Assembly: GCA_947165135.1 (NCBI GenBank)
Contig: CAMUZE010000001.1
Coordinates: 6,079-70,078, forward strand
Direction: 5' to 3'
Length of the DNA stretch: 64,000 bases
DNA from: an uncultured Clostridia bacterium
GTDB lineage: Bacteria; Bacillota_I; Bacilli_A; RF39; UBA660
The notes under the pieces are model-generated. The model was not told the origin of the DNA. It did not search any database and saw nothing but the letters and a program-made list of their open reading frames with translations. Position 1 is the first letter of the stretch; every line of letters starts with the position of its first letter. Made by a program: the position numbers and the translations under genes. Shown here piece after piece: positions 16,936 through 26,674 of the stretch.

Positions 16936-17823
16936 TTATTTATTTGATTTTTTAGATAAAAGTAATGATGCATTTACCAACGCTCTACTTTTATCAACCT
17001 CATATTCGTGTCTTGGTAAAGTACTTGCTGCCAAAGCACTCATCTTGCTGTAATCAGCTTTAAAACTATTTGATTTATTTTTTTTGTTTTTCTTATTTAA
17101 TAAATCAATTACTTCTTGATAATCTATAATACTATAGTCTGCCATTTCATTAATTCTTTCTCTATCTTTATCAGAATATTTATCATAGACATTTACAACG
17201 TCCATACCAGCACGTTTTGATGCTAAAACGCCAGAATATGAATCTTCAAATACTAAGCATCTGTCTGGAGTCGTTCCAAAATATTTTGTAACATTATTAT
17301 ATATTTCTGGATCTGGTTTCTTTAACTGTACTGTTTCTTTAGTTGTGATTAAGTCAAACAATTCTTTTATATTACCTTTCTTAATTAATTTTGGACTCTT
17401 TGCATAAATATCTATTTGTTTTTCTGAACTCATAGTTGCAAGTACTAAAGTATATCCTAACTCTTTTAATTTTCTTAATAAATCAACAACATTAGATTTA
17501 AACTCTATTTCATTTTCATATATTTCTTCATATAATTCACGTCTTAATTTTGATAATTGCCTTCCATCCTTGATAGATAATCCATACTTTTTAATTAGAA
17601 AATTACAGTATTCTACATATATTTCCCCAGAAGTATTGTTATGTAAAAATTCATCTCTTTCGTTTTGGATTTCATCAAAACTTACATCTTTTCCACTAAA
17701 TTTTTTAATAATTGTCACATCTGTTAAATTCCATATTCCAATAGAATCAATTAATGTACCATCTAAGTCAAATATGATATATTTCTTTTTATTCATATTT
17801 AAATTTGATAATTTTTTAACCAT
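16936..17823 (-). CDS. HAD-superfamily phosphatase with C-terminal extension
   Basis: DLDGTLIDS, KPDPEIY, FEDS..G motifs. Confidence 0.92.
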   Translation of the reverse strand: MVKKLSNLNMNKKKYIIFDLDGTLIDSIGIWNLTDVTIIKKFSGKDVSFDEIQNERDEFLHNNTSGEIYVEYCNFLIKKYGLSIKDGRQLSKLRRELYEEIYENEIEFKSNVVDLLRKLKELGYTLVLATMSSEKQIDIYAKSPKLIKKGNIKELFDLITTKETVQLKKPDPEIYNNVTKYFGTTPDRCLVFEDSYSGVLASKRAGMDVVNVYDKYSDKDRERINEMADYSIIDYQEVIDLLNKKNKKNKSNSFKADYSKMSALAASTLPRHEYEVDKSRALVNASLLLSKKSNK

Positions 17824-17941
17824 AAATATCCCCCAACTTTCATAAATATAGCATATATTATAATATAGTCAAACAATATTTTCAATAAAATAAATGACTT
17901 TTTATTAAAAATCAGATACAATTATTATGAGAGTGATATAT

Positions 17942-18568
17942 ATGAAAAAAATTATAGATATTGATAATTGGGAAAGAAAAGAATTATTTAATCATTACAT
18001 TTCTTTTACCAATCCATTTGCAATTGTTACAACAGAAATAGATATTACAAAATTATATTATTATTGTAAGAGTAATATTTTATCAATGTATGCTTCTATG
18101 GGATTTTATCTTTTAAAAACAATTAATAATTTTGATGGATTTAAATATAGAAATGAAGATGGAAAATTAGTACTATTTGATAAAGTTAATGCTAATTTTA
18201 CAGATAGTGTAGATGGTAAAGATATTTTCTTCTTTTCAGTCAAATCAAGTGATAATTTAAAAGAATTTAATAATAATTATCGTAAAATAAAAAATGATTA
18301 TATTTTAAATGACAAAAAATATGTTGAAAAAAAATATAATATAGATGAAGTTTGGTTCTCTTGTACACCTTGGTTTAGTTTTAATGCAGCAACTCCACCA
18401 TTTAATCATGACAATTATATTCCACAATTTATATGGGATAAATTCAAGAATGATAATGGTAAAATTACAACGCACTTAATGGTAATGGTACATCATGGAT
18501 TTATGGATGGATATAAATTAGGAGAGTTCTTTAATACTCTACAAGAAAATTTAAATAAAATAAAATAA
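17942..18568 (+). CDS. CatA-like (chloramphenicol) O-acetyltransferase
   Basis: ID..NWERKE.F start, SCTPW, catalytic HHGFMDG. Confidence 0.85.
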   Translation: MKKIIDIDNWERKELFNHYISFTNPFAIVTTEIDITKLYYYCKSNILSMYASMGFYLLKTINNFDGFKYRNEDGKLVLFDKVNANFTDSVDGKDIFFFSVKSSDNLKEFNNNYRKIKNDYILNDKKYVEKKYNIDEVWFSCTPWFSFNAATPPFNHDNYIPQFIWDKFKNDNGKITTHLMVMVHHGFMDGYKLGEFFNTLQENLNKIK

Positions 18569-18586
18569 TTATAAGATTTCTTATAA

Positions 18587-19939
18587 TTATTTTTTTACAA
18601 GTACTGGTGTGCCAACATCTACTTTTTCAAATACTTTTGGCATTACTGAAGGAGGAATATTAACACAACCATGACTACCATCTTTATGATATATTTCTCC
18701 ACCAAATTTTTTTCTCCAATCAGCATCATGCATACCTTCTCCTCTATTAAAAGGCATCCAATATCTAACTGTTACTTTAAATTCTGGCCAATGTACATTT
18801 TCTTCTTTAGTTCTAACATCAAAAAGTCCACAATATGTTGGAGATTTATCTTTTCCTGTAACTATTGATGTCTCTATTACTAGTTCATCATCTACATATA
18901 CTTGTAAATTTTGACTAGAAATATCAATTATTACATACTTATCTCCTAGAGAACAAGCGTGTTCTCTTGATATATATCCTATAGTGCCTTTACATTTAAC
19001 TATATAGTAATCTTCTGTTTTGCCATATACTTCAGCCACTTCACGTTTGGGTATATTAGTAATTACTTCATTTGTTTCAATGTCATAAAGAGGTGTTCTA
19101 CTAGTCATATATACCATATCAGCCATAGGATTTTTTGGAAAGTAACCTCTAGATTCTTTTACATATTCTCTATACACATAAGCAGTTCTTCCATTATAAT
19201 TTACTTCACACCATTCATCATAAACATTTAAAAGTGGTAGAGAGTCTCCAACGCTTAATTGGTCTAATTTTTCTGATTTAGTAGTAGCTTCATTTCTTAC
19301 ATTTACTCTGGCTGTAGCAGTTACTGTATCTGAAACATCAAAATAATCTAATAAATTATCTTCATTAATAGTTGGTATATCTTTATCACAAGGAAATTCT
19401 TCTGATTCAATCAATTCTATTTGACTATTTTGAATATATGCTACATTACCATCATATATTATTTCTGACCATTTATCATCGAGTTGTGAAACAAATAATA
19501 ATGACTCACCACTTATTAACATTCCAAGTTTATCTGATTTAATATTTGCTTCTGAATATATTTTTGCATTTTCTTTAGCAGTGGCATAAGTACAAGTTAC
19601 CATTACTGGTTCAAGAGTAGGTTCTGGAATGATTTCTTCTTTTTCAGTATTTTCAACAACATCATTATCGATAGCTATGGTTTCGACTTCTGGCCTTGGT
19701 AGAACTTCGATTTCTTTTGCTTGAACTGTTTCAGTTTCAATAGTTTGATCATAATCATAATCTTTATTTTTACTAGCACAATTATTTCTAAACATTTTTG
19801 TTCCTAATAATGATGATCCTATGCTAGCCACCACAGATGCTACTGCTAATACCACTACCCCACCTTTTATTAAATATTTTTTACTAGATGAATTCTTTTT
19901 AGCAATTTTACAAGTTTCAATTTCAGTTGTTTTTTTCAT
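18587..19939 (-). CDS. Membrane-anchored L,D-transpeptidase with SH3b domains
   Basis: N-terminal TM, VNVR...W..V.Y.G..AYV SH3b repeats, YkuD motif GMHDA...GSHGCVN. Confidence 0.92.
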   Translation of the reverse strand: MKKTTEIETCKIAKKNSSSKKYLIKGGVVVLAVASVVASIGSSLLGTKMFRNNCASKNKDYDYDQTIETETVQAKEIEVLPRPEVETIAIDNDVVENTEKEEIIPEPTLEPVMVTCTYATAKENAKIYSEANIKSDKLGMLISGESLLFVSQLDDKWSEIIYDGNVAYIQNSQIELIESEEFPCDKDIPTINEDNLLDYFDVSDTVTATARVNVRNEATTKSEKLDQLSVGDSLPLLNVYDEWCEVNYNGRTAYVYREYVKESRGYFPKNPMADMVYMTSRTPLYDIETNEVITNIPKREVAEVYGKTEDYYIVKCKGTIGYISREHACSLGDKYVIIDISSQNLQVYVDDELVIETSIVTGKDKSPTYCGLFDVRTKEENVHWPEFKVTVRYWMPFNRGEGMHDADWRKKFGGEIYHKDGSHGCVNIPPSVMPKVFEKVDVGTPVLVKK

Positions 19940-20019
19940 TTTAACCCCTTCTTACAGAGGCATATTATATTATTCTTTATACAAAAAGTCAAATTAAAAG
20001 AAGATCTTTGATCTTCTTA

Positions 20020-21258
20020 TTAACGATATTGACTAGGTATATTATAATCAACTGCTTTAGAAGGATTATACCCATATTTAAGCATTACTTCGACAGCATA
20101 TTGCATAAATGTTTTTCTTTCTAATTCTAAAATTGCATTTAAGTCCCTTCTAAATGTAGAATGAACAACTCTATCTCTTAAATTATTATTTCTAGTAAGT
20201 TTAGTTGGATCACCAGTTAAATAATAAGATTCTACATTATGTATAGCGTATTCATCATTAAATCTTTTTATCATAAGATCTATTGCTTCTAATAAAGTTC
20301 TTTCTACATTAGCAATTTGCCCAGGAGATAATTTCTTTTCTTCTCTTAAGCATTCTTGATAATGTCCCTTTAATTTTTCATAACTAAACATTGGATCATG
20401 AACTTTCATTATCAGAGAAAATACTTGTTTATAATTTCTTTTAACATCCTCTCCATATATTTGGAAATAATCTGTCAATTCTGTACTTTCATTATTAACA
20501 AATTCGCTAATAAGCATATCATTTACAAAAGCATAAAAATCTTCGCATCCAACATTGTTTAATGTTTTAGTCCTCATTTTATTATCTATATATAATGATA
20601 TAAGACCCGCTACAGTTGAATTGTATGATAAGCTGCCATCTACTGCTAAAGCAATACCATTTTTATTGTAAGCAAATGGATTAGGACTAATTAAACCTTG
20701 CATTAAATATGAAGTATTATTTATAAAATTAATTAATGTATCCACATCTTTTTCTTCTACTAGTCTAATAACTATATCATCAAATCTTATTGCTTTACCT
20801 ATTTTAGATACATGAGATATATTATTTCTTTCAAGAAAATCAAATATCATAGTTGCTCCTCTTTCAATATGAGCAGCATCTAATGGAACATATACTTTTA
20901 AATGTTGCTTAGAATCATTTGCAGTTTTATCTTGTGATATAAACTGGCAAAAATATCTCCAACCAGCCGAAACATGTACATCTGTTTTTCTATTTCTAAA
21001 ACTATTAATCCATAAATTGAATGAACTTTCTGGATGTCCTACTCCATTATTCATTATAGGGCCATGAAAAGTAGGACTTGGTTTATCACTTAAATCAATT
21101 CCAAATTCACTTCTTTTAACACCAATATGGTATAGTTGTCTATAAACATAATTATTCATAGACTCTGATTTAAAATTTAAATCAGGGTTTTCTTTTGCTA
21201 GTTTGGCAAAGTATTGTAAAAAAGCATCTATAGCTTCATTTCTATCACGATAATTCAT
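20020..21258 (-). CDS. HopA1/phosphothreonine-lyase-fold-like protein
   Basis: LKVYVP...SK....RFDDIVIR...NPF.....GIALA.D..LSY pattern. Confidence 0.55.
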   Translation of the reverse strand: MNYRDRNEAIDAFLQYFAKLAKENPDLNFKSESMNNYVYRQLYHIGVKRSEFGIDLSDKPSPTFHGPIMNNGVGHPESSFNLWINSFRNRKTDVHVSAGWRYFCQFISQDKTANDSKQHLKVYVPLDAAHIERGATMIFDFLERNNISHVSKIGKAIRFDDIVIRLVEEKDVDTLINFINNTSYLMQGLISPNPFAYNKNGIALAVDGSLSYNSTVAGLISLYIDNKMRTKTLNNVGCEDFYAFVNDMLISEFVNNESTELTDYFQIYGEDVKRNYKQVFSLIMKVHDPMFSYEKLKGHYQECLREEKKLSPGQIANVERTLLEAIDLMIKRFNDEYAIHNVESYYLTGDPTKLTRNNNLRDRVVHSTFRRDLNAILELERKTFMQYAVEVMLKYGYNPSKAVDYNIPSQYR

Positions 21259-21434
21259 TATTCATTACTCATACTTTCCTTAATCTTGTTTATTTCTTCC
21301 TCAGTAATTTCAACTGTATCACTTAGGTTATCATCTTTTTTATTATTATCAGGAGTTAACATATCAAGTTCCTTTTCTCCTTTTTCAAGTTCTGTATCAA
21401 TTTCTACTTCTTTGCCTTCATATATCACTTTCAT
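21258..21434 (-). CDS. Small acidic 58-aa protein not in the ORF track
   Basis: MKVIYEGKEVEIDTELEKGEKELDMLTPDNNKKDDNLSDTVEITEEEINKIKESMSNE; GGAGG RBS; TAATG coupling to 20020..21258. Confidence 0.75.
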   Translation of the reverse strand: MKVIYEGKEVEIDTELEKGEKELDMLTPDNNKKDDNLSDTVEITEEEINKIKESMSNE

Positions 21435-21558
21435 AACTACCCTCCATAGTAATTATAACATATTTTATTTGTTTTTATATATTTCTTTACGTAAAAAAAA
21501 TCCTAAAATAATTAATAATAATTTCATTATGATATAATATTTATTAGGATGTGATTGT

Positions 21559-22917
21559 ATGTTTAAATATGAATGTGATTCTAGAAAAATAACTAAAGGA
21601 CAAACTTTTATAGCCATAAAAGGATTAACTGTAGATGGACATGACTTTATTGGTAAAGCAATCGAAAATGGTGCAACTAAAATTATTTGTGAGCATAAAA
21701 TAGATTATGATATTGATTATGAAATTGTACCTGATACAGAAAAATGGTTAAAAGAAACATTGAAAAAAGAATATGGTGAATATATAGATAAATTAAACCT
21801 AATTGGTGTTACTGGTACTAACGGGAAAACAACAAGCTGCTACTTAACATATCAAATGTTATTAATGTTAGGAGAAAATACCGCTTACATTGGAACAATT
21901 GGATTTCATCACAAAGATGAAGTTATTGAACTTAATAATACTACTCCTGATGTGTTAACTATTTATAAACTTTTATATCATGCATATGAACTTAATTGTA
22001 AATATGTTGTTATGGAAGTAAGTTCACAAGCATTATCTTACGATAGATTATTTGGCATTAATTATTCGGTTATTAGTTTTACTAATCTTACTGAAGATCA
22101 TTTAGATTATCATAAAACAATGGAAAACTATTTAAAAGCAAAATTATTAATACTAGATCATTTAAAAGAAGATGCAATTATAACCGCTAATATAGATGAT
22201 CCTGAATATATTTATTTTAAAAAACCAAATCATAAATTCTTAACATTTGGAAGTAATGGCGACTATAAAATACTAGAAAGTAAAATTACACCAATAAATA
22301 CTAATCTTAAATTTAGTTATTTAGATAAAGAATATAAAGTAATAGTTCCATTAACAAGTAAATTTAATATATATAACTACTTAACAATGGTTTCTATAGT
22401 TAATAATTGCGGATTTAGTATAGAAGATATTGTTAAGAATACTAAAACTTTAAAAGCACCCAAAGGAAGATGTGAAGCATATCCAGTTAATAAAGGTTTT
22501 GCTGTAATAGATTATGCACATACACCAGATGCAGTAGAAAAAGTAATAACAGCTTATAATGAATTAAAAGAAAATAGAGTTATTACCATTGTTGGATGTG
22601 GAGGAGACAGAGATCCTAAGAAAAGACCAATAATGGGAGGGATTGCTACTAAGCTTAGTGATTATGTTATTTTAACAAGTGATAATCCTAGGACAGAAAA
22701 CCCACAGAAAATTATGGATGATATTTTAAAAGGTGTTAAAACAAATAACTATGAAGTAATATTAGATAGAAGAAAAGCCATTAAAAAAGGAATTGATATA
22801 ATGGAAGAAAAAGACATACTATTAATATTAGGTAAAGGACATGAAAACTATCAAATAATTGGTAAAGAAAAGCATCATTTAGATGATGCTGAAGAAGTAC
22901 TAAATTGGAAAAAATAA
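21559..22917 (+). CDS. murE: UDP-MurNAc-dipeptide--diaminopimelate ligase
   Basis: GTNGKTT, NTTP, EVSS, DHLDYH, DYAHTPD, DNPR (meso-DAP type), GKGHE. Confidence 0.97.
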   Translation: MFKYECDSRKITKGQTFIAIKGLTVDGHDFIGKAIENGATKIICEHKIDYDIDYEIVPDTEKWLKETLKKEYGEYIDKLNLIGVTGTNGKTTSCYLTYQMLLMLGENTAYIGTIGFHHKDEVIELNNTTPDVLTIYKLLYHAYELNCKYVVMEVSSQALSYDRLFGINYSVISFTNLTEDHLDYHKTMENYLKAKLLILDHLKEDAIITANIDDPEYIYFKKPNHKFLTFGSNGDYKILESKITPINTNLKFSYLDKEYKVIVPLTSKFNIYNYLTMVSIVNNCGFSIEDIVKNTKTLKAPKGRCEAYPVNKGFAVIDYAHTPDAVEKVITAYNELKENRVITIVGCGGDRDPKKRPIMGGIATKLSDYVILTSDNPRTENPQKIMDDILKGVKTNNYEVILDRRKAIKKGIDIMEEKDILLILGKGHENYQIIGKEKHHLDDAEEVLNWKK

Positions 22918-22943
22918 AAATTCTTGATTATTCAAGAATTTTT

Positions 22944-24422
22944 TTATATTCCACAGTTACTGGTTGAACTTGTTGTAATAGTCACCACTATATTGCCAGT
23001 TACACTATTAATGGTCATTCTATTTTGATTTGCATTCCATGTATATCCACCACTACCACTTGTAAGTGTATTACCACCCATAGTAACAGTTACTTGATTA
23101 TATTGTCTATTATTACCTAAAGTGAATGTTGCTGTGAAACTATCATTAATTACTACAGTATCCGGACCAGATGCTTTAGTAACATTACCATCTAAATTAT
23201 ATGTAACACTAAATACCCATGTGTATGTAGAACTGGTACTCTTCGAACAATACCCAGCTGTTGTATCACATCCAGTTGCTTGAGTTTTACCATTATTGCC
23301 TTTCGAATCTATTCCATATACTTTAAAATAATAAGTACCATTTGAAAGACCAGTTGCTTGATAATTTCTACTTGAACTTCCAGTATTGTGCGAAGTACAT
23401 TCATTGCTTGAATTACATACATCAACAATAAATTCTGTAATATTGTTTACATCTGTGGCTGACCAAGTTACATTTACTTTTCCATTATCTGCAACAAATG
23501 TAGCTTGTACATCACTTATAATTGGTGCCTCATCATCAAGTAAAGTTGTATCTTTGTCGACTAATATTTTCACACTTCCTAAACTTAAATTACCATCATT
23601 TTTATTAAATATTAAATTTGCAGTTTGGTAATCAGTTGCAAATGCAATATTACCATTTTTCTCAAAATACACATCATATGTTTGTGTTGTATTTGCAGGT
23701 ACAGTTAAACTTCCCAATGCATTTCCATTAGAATCAACTAATTTAAAGTTTGAGTTATTAATACTAAAACTAAATCCTTTAGCAATATCATAGGAATTAA
23801 TAACAGTTACTGTTACTTTATCTCTAACAGCACCATTTCTTAAACTAACTTGTGAATTCTTTGGAATACTTGCAAGTAATGATCCAGTTGGTTCTACTTC
23901 CTCTTGTTCAACATCAACATTAGATTCTCCTCCAACATTATAGTTACCAGGAGTTTTTGGATACATATTTATTGTTAAAGTAAACGTTTTAGTGGTTAAT
24001 TTAGGAATTACTTCACCGATTTCAACACCGCTTACATCATAAGTAACTGTCATATTTTGATTATTTATTGTTTCTACAGAAGGAGTAAATACCGCAGATG
24101 CAAATTCATAATCAAAGAATGTTGTATTACTTAGCGTAATGTCATATACCGCATAATAATCATCATCTAAATTGCTATTTGATGCAACATTAAAATTTAA
24201 ATCAAACGTTATACTATCTTTAGTAAATGTAGGAGTGGTTGGATTACTTAAATTACTATAGCTATCAAGAACTACACTAGTAATTGCAATTTCACCATTT
24301 CCTTTTACGTACACATTACCAGTAACACCTACTCTAGCACCATATGCAGCATAACCAATTGTTGTAAACAAAAAAATGGAAACTGTGATTAAAGTAACAA
24401 TAAGATTTAACTTATTTTTCAT
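22944..24422 (-). CDS. Secreted FN3-containing protein with SipW-type signal (putative minor subunit/adhesin)
   Basis: Hydrophobic leader ending GYA/AY, beta-rich, FN3 motif (VTWS...YQATGLSNGTYYFKVYG.D..GN). Confidence 0.75.
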   Translation of the reverse strand: MKNKLNLIVTLITVSIFLFTTIGYAAYGARVGVTGNVYVKGNGEIAITSVVLDSYSNLSNPTTPTFTKDSITFDLNFNVASNSNLDDDYYAVYDITLSNTTFFDYEFASAVFTPSVETINNQNMTVTYDVSGVEIGEVIPKLTTKTFTLTINMYPKTPGNYNVGGESNVDVEQEEVEPTGSLLASIPKNSQVSLRNGAVRDKVTVTVINSYDIAKGFSFSINNSNFKLVDSNGNALGSLTVPANTTQTYDVYFEKNGNIAFATDYQTANLIFNKNDGNLSLGSVKILVDKDTTLLDDEAPIISDVQATFVADNGKVNVTWSATDVNNITEFIVDVCNSSNECTSHNTGSSSRNYQATGLSNGTYYFKVYGIDSKGNNGKTQATGCDTTAGYCSKSTSSTYTWVFSVTYNLDGNVTKASGPDTVVINDSFTATFTLGNNRQYNQVTVTMGGNTLTSGSGGYTWNANQNRMTINSVTGNIVVTITTSSTSNCGI

Positions 24423-24443
24423 TTAAATCACATCCTTTCCATT

Positions 24444-25481
24444 TTATATTTTTACTTTTTGAATATTCATTCTGCTAATTTTATACTTCCATGCTGTTTT
24501 ATCACTAATAAGTATGAAGTAACACTTGTCTGTTCCTCTATAGAAGTTAATAGGCATTCTAACTTCTCCATGAGCATCTAGTAATTCTTCAAATGAAGAA
24601 ACATCTATTATTCTAAATCCTGTTAAATCAGGTATTTTATTTATATTAACTATAATACCATCATATGTATTAAGTATTTTCTTTAAAGTTGATTCATATT
24701 TATTTAAATTTTTCTTTTTCTTATCAACATAAATTATTAATGCTAATAAGAATACTATTGCTGCAGCATATATAGTTCCAAGCACTTTTGACACTCTTGC
24801 TTTATCAGCATCTATTACTTTACTTACTTCTTTTACTGTATTATGAGCATCTAAATCAACTTTAGCTTCAATTGTTTGTTCAGATAAAGGTAATGCTAAT
24901 AATAACTTACTTTCAATTGGTGTACTTACTTCATTACCTTCAACCTCACTATTAACAACAAAATATACTTTCAATATTCCATTAGCGCCACTTAATCCAA
25001 GTGTCTTTTTAAATGAAAGTAATATATTATTATATTTATTATAATCTATATCAACATTCTCATGTACCGAAAATCCTGTTGATTTCTTCAAATCTATTTT
25101 CTTTTCATCAGTTATTCTATAATCTTTTGACCAATACTTTGATTGTCCATTAGACTTATTTGATTCAACAGTCGCATATACATAATATGTATATTTTCCA
25201 TCTATTAAAGCATCGAAATCAATTTTATAATTAAAATCTGCATTTATATGATCAATTAAACTAGTAATATAAGTTTCATCTTTTCCTAAATATTTTGTTT
25301 CAAAGAAGTCATTTTTCTTTAAATATACTTTGTAATCGATATCATTATTTTCTTGATATTTTAATGTTACTTTTTTTGCTTCAAAATAACCATTAAAGTA
25401 CATATAAACATCAATAATTGAGAAAACTATTATACACAATACAAAAAATGCTTGAATTAATGTGTATTTTTTAGCTGTCAT
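24444..25481 (-). CDS. DUF5305-like membrane protein of the sipW operon
   Basis: N-terminal TM, IDYKVYLK.N.FF, second TM, V.SFEEL.D....V..PI tail. Confidence 0.7.
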   Translation of the reverse strand: MTAKKYTLIQAFFVLCIIVFSIIDVYMYFNGYFEAKKVTLKYQENNDIDYKVYLKKNDFFETKYLGKDETYITSLIDHINADFNYKIDFDALIDGKYTYYVYATVESNKSNGQSKYWSKDYRITDEKKIDLKKSTGFSVHENVDIDYNKYNNILLSFKKTLGLSGANGILKVYFVVNSEVEGNEVSTPIESKLLLALPLSEQTIEAKVDLDAHNTVKEVSKVIDADKARVSKVLGTIYAAAIVFLLALIIYVDKKKKNLNKYESTLKKILNTYDGIIVNINKIPDLTGFRIIDVSSFEELLDAHGEVRMPINFYRGTDKCYFILISDKTAWKYKISRMNIQKVKI

Positions 25482-26605
25482 TCTTGATCTCTCCTTCCTT
25501 GAAAAAAGTCATTTATCCAGATTGTAGGATAACCTATATAACTAATTTTATATTCAACTTTTCCCAATATATCAGAAGCATCAACATCAAAACCATCAAC
25601 AGTATTATTATAATCACCCTTAGTTTTAAAAACATAATTAATATCTTTATGTATTTCAACAACTCTATGTGTAATAATAACTCCGCTCTTTTTAAATGCT
25701 ATAATATCACCAATACCAATTTTATCTGCAGTCATCTTCTCATAAATAACTGCGTCCCCTTTTTCATATACAGGCATCATTGAATTAGAACCTATAGCTA
25801 TCATTTTATATTTAAATATGCCAGATACTAATGCAACAACCACCAATAATACTGCTAAAATAGGTATATATATTACTCTTCTTGACATCTTTTTTGAATA
25901 TAAATTGCTCTTATCAGAATACGTAATGATTCTATTAGAGAATATAAATATACAAAATACTAATATTAAGTTAAATACAGAGAATAAATAATTACCTAAT
26001 TTTGGTATTATAGGCAATATGAATTCATATAAAACTATAACGCTTTTGAATACTAAACTTGGTATCCAACTTACTTTATAAGTTATATATGAACATAATG
26101 CTTCTCTAGAAATAACTACTACAATAACTACGCTAGCGAAAATAAATAACATTTCTCTATCCGCAAAATTGTAACCATTTATTTCTATTATAATATTTAA
26201 TATACATAAAATTATTGTATATAATATAATAGGAATTTTACTCTTATATGAATTCCTTGATATTATATATCTCATCAGTTCTTCACAAATAATTACTACT
26301 AATTCTAAAATTATAACTTTGAAAATAAAATCAGAACTAATACTTAATACTGTCTTATTAAATCCAACAAATAGTCCCGTAGCATATGAAATTATAAAAA
26401 ATGACAAAAGACATGATATTACTACTCTAGTTACATTTGATTTGATATATGAATTATCCTTATAGAAACCAAATAACAAATAAGAAGCAATAGTCAATGC
26501 CACAATTAATCCATACAAAACGAAATTATTTTTAAAAACTGTATTAAATACTATAATAAAAATAAATAATAACAATTCTATTAAATAAATTTTGATATTT
26601 CTCAT
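25478..26605 (-). CDS. Signal peptidase I, SipW/ER-type, with a large N-terminal membrane domain
   Basis: SNSMMP serine, ITHRV histidine, TKGDYN; about 7 TM segments upstream. Confidence 0.9.
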   Translation of the reverse strand: MRNIKIYLIELLLFIFIIVFNTVFKNNFVLYGLIVALTIASYLLFGFYKDNSYIKSNVTRVVISCLLSFFIISYATGLFVGFNKTVLSISSDFIFKVIILELVVIICEELMRYIISRNSYKSKIPIILYTIILCILNIIIEINGYNFADREMLFIFASVVIVVVISREALCSYITYKVSWIPSLVFKSVIVLYEFILPIIPKLGNYLFSVFNLILVFCIFIFSNRIITYSDKSNLYSKKMSRRVIYIPILAVLLVVVALVSGIFKYKMIAIGSNSMMPVYEKGDAVIYEKMTADKIGIGDIIAFKKSGVIITHRVVEIHKDINYVFKTKGDYNNTVDGFDVDASDILGKVEYKISYIGYPTIWINDFFQGRRDQE

Positions 26606-26674
26606 ATAGTCAACCCCAAGTTATATATAAGAATTACCCCATAAAATGGGATAATTCTTATATTAGTTGATTAA

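Noticed and set aside
161-17823. Prophage or classical integron
   Set aside because: No integrase, terminase, capsid or tail genes, and no attC-like RYYYAAC...GTTRRRY structures recognised.
21286-21537. 83-aa Ser-rich plus-strand ORF
   Set aside because: Shadow of the RBS-supported minus-strand 58-aa gene at 21258..21434.
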